Positions 60,197 to 64,000 of a DNA stretch of 64,000 nucleotides are shown piece by piece; the stretch's first letter is position 1, and every line of letters starts with the position of its first letter. Below the pieces are notes generated by a model. The model was not told the origin of the DNA. It saw only the letters and a list, made by a program, of their open reading frames with translations, and searched no databases. The position numbers and the translations under genes are program-made. This stretch comes from a virus. The stretch is taken from positions 1-64,000 of IMG/VR virus record IMGVR_UViG_3300042559_000515; one strand, written 5' to 3'.

Positions 60197-60660
60197 TTGT
60201 CGTACAAGCCCATTGCCTTGCGCTCAACATGAGCGACATGAGCGCCTACTGGACAGTACATACAGATGTACTGACGGTGTTCGGGTGGTACACCAGTCTT
60301 GCGTCCGATGGTCTTGGATTCATCACACCAGTCGGGGCAACCACCTTCTGGACGATTGTGTTGGTTAAAGCACTTGAGAGCCTGAACCTTGAGGTCGTCT
60401 CGTGTCTCACGGATGTAGACATCTTGTTCTGCCAACTCACCCTTGAGCGCCGTTTCAACATCCAGTTTGCTGGCTGTCTCTGGGTCTACACGGTAGATGA
60501 GTGCACGGCAGTTGTCGGGGTCTTGTACCTGACCATTGTGTCTATCACACAATTCAATTAACTCTTGGTCGTACTCAACAGGTCCGTCATATGGACGCAT
60601 CTTGTACATAACTCCGTGTGTCTTACAAATAAGAATACGGTCAAAACCTGTCTCAGCCAT
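60193..60660 (-). CDS. Cys/His-rich hypothetical protein
   Basis: AAGGAG SD; CF..HNRP..GCPDW...YIC.YCP. Confidence 0.75.
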   Translation of the reverse strand: MAETGFDRILICKTHGVMYKMRPYDGPVEYDQELIELCDRHNGQVQDPDNCRALIYRVDPETASKLDVETALKGELAEQDVYIRETRDDLKVQALKCFNQHNRPEGGCPDWCDESKTIGRKTGVPPEHRQYICMYCPVGAHVAHVERKAMGLYDK

Positions 60661-60710
60661 TTGATACTCCTTAGATAGTTACTAAGGAGACTATCACATG
60701 TTTTTGGTGG

Positions 60711-60926
60711 TTAGACGATGGGGGAATTATCTGCACGGACAGATTCATCGTTGTGGATGATGTGTGCAAGGTTGCGTGCGTTGACAGGCGCATCGGGTCC
60801 ATGGAATGTCCCGTAGTGGAGGTTGCGCTTGTAGACAGATGACTTCTGACCACTTGCATGGTGGTCAATCTTGATGTCCTTGCTTGAGTGTCCATAGGAC
60901 TCAAGCCAAGGGTACATGCTTGCCAT
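60711..60926 (-). CDS. Hypothetical protein
   Basis: Coupled ORF; resembles 61132-61377 (I.I.HH..G..S.V...F.G..A...AR). Confidence 0.65.
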   Translation of the reverse strand: MASMYPWLESYGHSSKDIKIDHHASGQKSSVYKRNLHYGTFHGPDAPVNARNLAHIIHNDESVRADNSPIV

Positions 60927-61132
60927 TAGAGACCTGAATCAGCCAGTGGGTGGCGCTCAACGATGCTGTACAGTTCGCCCGTTGGGTACTGTGACTGCAA
61001 CACATTCATGCGTGCCGTTGCCGATGTTGGGTCAACCTCTCCACCACGGTCGGGTGTGAGTGACTTGTACTTGCCATCGGAAAGACCAAGACGAAGGTCT
61101 CGGTTCATTGAGCGTGAATCATTAACTGCCAT
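60926..61132 (-). CDS. Hypothetical protein
   Basis: MAVNDSRSMN...DGKYK; TAATG coupling. Confidence 0.7.
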   Translation of the reverse strand: MAVNDSRSMNRDLRLGLSDGKYKSLTPDRGGEVDPTSATARMNVLQSQYPTGELYSIVERHPLADSGL

Positions 61133-61377
61133 TACAACATTCCTTCATTTGGATTGGGACGAGAACTAATTAAAACCATTGCGTGCCGTCTTGCATCTCT
61201 TTCAGCATTTTGACCTGCAAAATGACCACTCATTTTTTCTCCGTCAAATACTTGAGAAACACCGCCGTTGTTATGATGGCGGATAGCAATGTTGAGATGT
61301 GGATGACCAACCCGTTCTAATGACCACGGGCTTCTTTCTGTTGTTTCCTCAACGGTTTTGTCTTTTTTGCGCAACAT
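61132..61377 (-). CDS. Hypothetical protein
   Basis: TAAAAT upstream; likely paralogue of 60711-60926. Confidence 0.65.
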   Translation of the reverse strand: MLRKKDKTVEETTERSPWSLERVGHPHLNIAIRHHNNGGVSQVFDGEKMSGHFAGQNAERDARRHAMVLISSRPNPNEGML

Positions 61378-61395
61378 AACAGAACTATTTTACCA

Positions 61396-61824
61396 CTAAG
61401 GAGTCCAGCCAGCGGCTGATGTGCGACTGAAAGCATCAGCGTCACTGTCAAATCCTGATTCCCTTGCTGAAGCCCTACGCCGTGCACGCAATTCTTCTGG
61501 AGAGATACCCAACCGTGATGCTGACTCCTCGTCAAATTCACGCCTCTTTCGGCGGTCAGACATACCTTGCTTTAGGCTTGCAACACCCTTAATAAGGTTG
61601 CCAGCGTTTGCAGGTACTTCCCAACGGGATTTCTTTGTATCTACATAATCGGGTGTTGAGCCATAATCACGATTAAGACTGACATTAGGAGAATCAAACT
61701 TTACTTGAGATACCGCAGGGGGCTTTGGCTCACTCCATGTAGTTGGTTGAACGCCAAGCGTTTCTGGGACACCAATACCTTGCTGGTACCGACCGTTGCG
61801 CATTCTTCCTTGTGTCATGACCAC
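61396..61824 (-). CDS. Hypothetical protein
   Basis: Overlapping operon ORF. Confidence 0.65.
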   Translation of the reverse strand: MVMTQGRMRNGRYQQGIGVPETLGVQPTTWSEPKPPAVSQVKFDSPNVSLNRDYGSTPDYVDTKKSRWEVPANAGNLIKGVASLKQGMSDRRKRREFDEESASRLGISPEELRARRRASARESGFDSDADAFSRTSAAGWTP

Positions 61825-62123
61825 AATCCTTGCATTGAGTATCGGCTAGAACCTGAGAAATTGTCTTCCATAAAACCATTACGGAACATCACGGGTGCAC
61901 CTGACACCCATGAACGGTATGTCGGGAATGCACGGTCAATTGTGAGGGCGTCTGCAACACCCATCTCCTGCTTAGACATCCCTCTAGACTCTGGAAACAA
62001 TTGTTGTGGCACCACAGGACGAATCGCCCGAATATCTTCGGGTGTAGAGATTGCACTCTGTAGAGCCATGTCTACGAGCATCTCTTGTCGTGACTGCCAC
62101 GGCTTAGAAGGGTACTGAGCCAT
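61815..62123 (-). CDS. Hypothetical protein
   Basis: KPWQSR.E.L.D.AL; TAATG coupling. Confidence 0.7.
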   Translation of the reverse strand: MAQYPSKPWQSRQEMLVDMALQSAISTPEDIRAIRPVVPQQLFPESRGMSKQEMGVADALTIDRAFPTYRSWVSGAPVMFRNGFMEDNFSGSSRYSMQGLWS

Positions 62124-62374
62124 TACTTACAGTCGGCGCAAGAACCAGAACCCTTGGGGGTGTTGGTACCACAGTTAGCGCATGATTCCATTTCAGGGCG
62201 CTGAATACCACCAGCAGGGGCGTTATCCATATTCATGCGTTCACCTGTCTTTGGGTGAATGTATGGACCATTCATGCTCTCAAGTTCTTTCATTGACATG
62301 GGTTTTGGTGCTTTAAAGAACCTAGCCCTATCAACACGACCATCTCCTGGTTTTCTACCTATTCCACGAGGCAT
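62123..62374 (-). CDS. Small protein with C-terminal CxxC..CxxC
   Basis: AAGGA SD; TAATG coupling. Confidence 0.7.
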   Translation of the reverse strand: MPRGIGRKPGDGRVDRARFFKAPKPMSMKELESMNGPYIHPKTGERMNMDNAPAGGIQRPEMESCANCGTNTPKGSGSCADCK

Positions 62375-62658
62375 TACTTATCTTCCTTGTCTAAGCCAAA
62401 CTCTTTTAATGTTTCAGGAGAGAAAGTAGCAACCTCTGTGTTGAGGTATGGAGCCTTAGAAGGGTCATCCATCCATTCTCGTGCACTGTCCTGTGCTGGG
62501 TACATGTCAAGGTTTGGTGGCTGTTCTGAACCATCTCCCTGTGTACGAATCATGTCGTTTGCTGAAGTAGCAAGTGAATGACCAAGTCGTGCAACATGTG
62601 CAAAGTTACCCAAACCAATCATGGATGGATACTTTGAGGGGTCTTGCTGACGAGGCAT
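62374..62658 (-). CDS. Hypothetical protein
   Basis: TAATG coupling. Confidence 0.65.
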   Translation of the reverse strand: MPRQQDPSKYPSMIGLGNFAHVARLGHSLATSANDMIRTQGDGSEQPPNLDMYPAQDSAREWMDDPSKAPYLNTEVATFSPETLKEFGLDKEDK

Positions 62659-62987
62659 TAACGGACACCACCACGGATGGCGTTACCAATTTCATCGGCG
62701 TATGGACCGACATCCATGCCACGGTCACGGTCTTTGCGGTACTGGTTGATGAGGTCTTGACCCTTGTACTCGTCAATCTCTTCTGGGTAATCTCCGCCCT
62801 CAAAGTGACGCTCGTATGCCTCATTGTCTGCATACAAAGGTGAGTTTGTGCTCACCTCGTCAAATGCATTCTGCAAAGGCTGGATGGCTGTCTCATTAAT
62901 CCAGTCAGCCAAACGAGCCGCAATTCGTGGGGTATCACGGTGCACAGAGCGACCTCCGTGATTGCGTGTATCCATTCCTTTAGGCAT
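62658..62987 (-). CDS. Hypothetical protein
   Basis: GAGGAG SD. Confidence 0.7.
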   Translation of the reverse strand: MPKGMDTRNHGGRSVHRDTPRIAARLADWINETAIQPLQNAFDEVSTNSPLYADNEAYERHFEGGDYPEEIDEYKGQDLINQYRKDRDRGMDVGPYADEIGNAIRGGVR

Positions 62988-62988
62988 T

Positions 62989-63252
62989 TTAGTTTTCTCC
63001 TCTTACTCGGCGGTCTTGTACATCTTCTTCGGTGCGCTCATAGTCGGACGGAAGTCCAACACGGCTCTGAAGAGGACGGCGTGTGCGGTCTGCTGGACCG
63101 ACTGCTTCATCGTAGTCTGATTGCTCTGGGTCATAGTTGATACCCATGAGACCAGCGTTACGCTGTGCGAGCATTTCCTGCTGTGCAATCATCTGATTGC
63201 GCATGTTGATATATGGGTCTGCGATAGGACGCATTCTTTCGTTATGTGCCAT
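62989..63252 (-). CDS. Hypothetical protein (IADPY leader)
   Basis: MAHNERMRPIADPY; TAATG coupling. Confidence 0.7.
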   Translation of the reverse strand: MAHNERMRPIADPYINMRNQMIAQQEMLAQRNAGLMGINYDPEQSDYDEAVGPADRTRRPLQSRVGLPSDYERTEEDVQDRRVRGEN

Positions 63253-63689
63253 TAGTCTTCCTCATCTTCCTTATAGACTTTGTAGTCACGGCGCATTGGC
63301 TTAAAGACTGTGACACCATGACCTGATTCTTGGAATGCCTGAATACCTGCGTCAACTGGAATAGACGAACCACCTTGTCCGTACAAGGTATCTTTACTAC
63401 CCTCTGGCATAAGGTCTGCATCGGTGAATGTATCGTAGGCATAGCCATCGTCATCTCGTTCAAAACCTTGTTGCATATTGCTACGACCTTCAAGATGTGG
63501 AGCATCCCCACTTGGCAGGTCCATATCTTCACGAATCTGCTGTGCTAAGTCACGAGGACCTCGTGCTTCATTTCGCACATCGGTTGCTTGACGATATACA
63601 GAAGTGAGACGCTCTGTAATGTCGTTACGGTATTTCCTAGTAGTTAAATAAGGGTCTGCAATAAAGCGACCTTTTTCGTTATATGCCAT
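63252..63689 (-). CDS. Hypothetical protein (IADPY leader)
   Basis: MAYNEKGRFIADPY. Confidence 0.7.
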   Translation of the reverse strand: MAYNEKGRFIADPYLTTRKYRNDITERLTSVYRQATDVRNEARGPRDLAQQIREDMDLPSGDAPHLEGRSNMQQGFERDDDGYAYDTFTDADLMPEGSKDTLYGQGGSSIPVDAGIQAFQESGHGVTVFKPMRRDYKVYKEDEED

Positions 63690-63696
63690 TAGAAAC

Positions 63697-64000
63697 TCAC
63701 TTTACTTTCTCAGGGATTGGGAGTGATAGTGCCATACCACCTGAAGGTGACTTTGGTGGCTTCTTACTGTTGCGAAGAATTGACGAACCGCCTTCATCCT
63801 TTGGAGGATTGTCCCGAAAGGAGTTGCTGTCAGCCCCTTTAGGCTCTCTTGCGTAGTAATCACCTTCAGGCTCAGAATTAGGCTTTTCAAGGGTGTACTT
63901 TTTATTTGCGCCTGTTTGAGTGAACTCGCCTTTTTCGTCTTCTCCACTCCATGACTGGAGGCGAAGTTCTGGAGTAAGTCGGGGGTGTTGTTGACCCGCA
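63697..64000 (-). CDS. 3' part of a gene entering from beyond the window
   Basis: Frame open from 63999 to TGA at 63697 (...GGMALSLPIPEKVK*). Confidence 0.5.
   Translation of the reverse strand, partial: AGQQHPRLTPELRLQSWSGEDEKGEFTQTGANKKYTLEKPNSEPEGDYYAREPKGADSNSFRDNPPKDEGGSSILRNSKKPPKSPSGGMALSLPIPEKVK

Noticed and set aside
63702-63947. 81-aa ORF in the track
   Set aside because: An overlapping frame open to the window edge (stop at 63697) is the more plausible gene.

Overview
The window is part of a tailed dsDNA phage genome with a contractile tail (myovirus). The host is almost certainly an actinobacterium, given two WhiB genes, an Rpf-like lysozyme and many leaderless genes. Positions 1-32.6 kb (minus strand) carry morphogenesis and lysis genes: a tape measure with an M15 peptidase domain, a tail assembly chaperone with a probable +1 frameshift, tube, sheath, neck, major capsid, scaffold, portal, large terminase, endolysin, Cys-rich and collagen-like fibres and a glycosyltransferase. 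Positions 32.7-40.6 kb (minus) form an accessory island of four ParB/Srx-like proteins, a GNAT and four tandem paralogues; most share a short L[NS]x(1-2)Q[FL] peptide, often extended into clamp-binding-like motifs, and three DnaA boxes border the island. Positions 40.6-42.4 kb are a divergent non-coding control region with four CRP-type boxes, repeated palindromes and a candidate ~450-nt structured RNA. Positions 42.4-55.1 kb (plus) form a GC-richer, probably early operon punctuated by five copies of an overlapping three-hairpin RNA element. Positions 55.2-64 kb (mostly minus) encode regulators and many small unknown proteins. All functional calls come from motifs read by eye; no database search was run.
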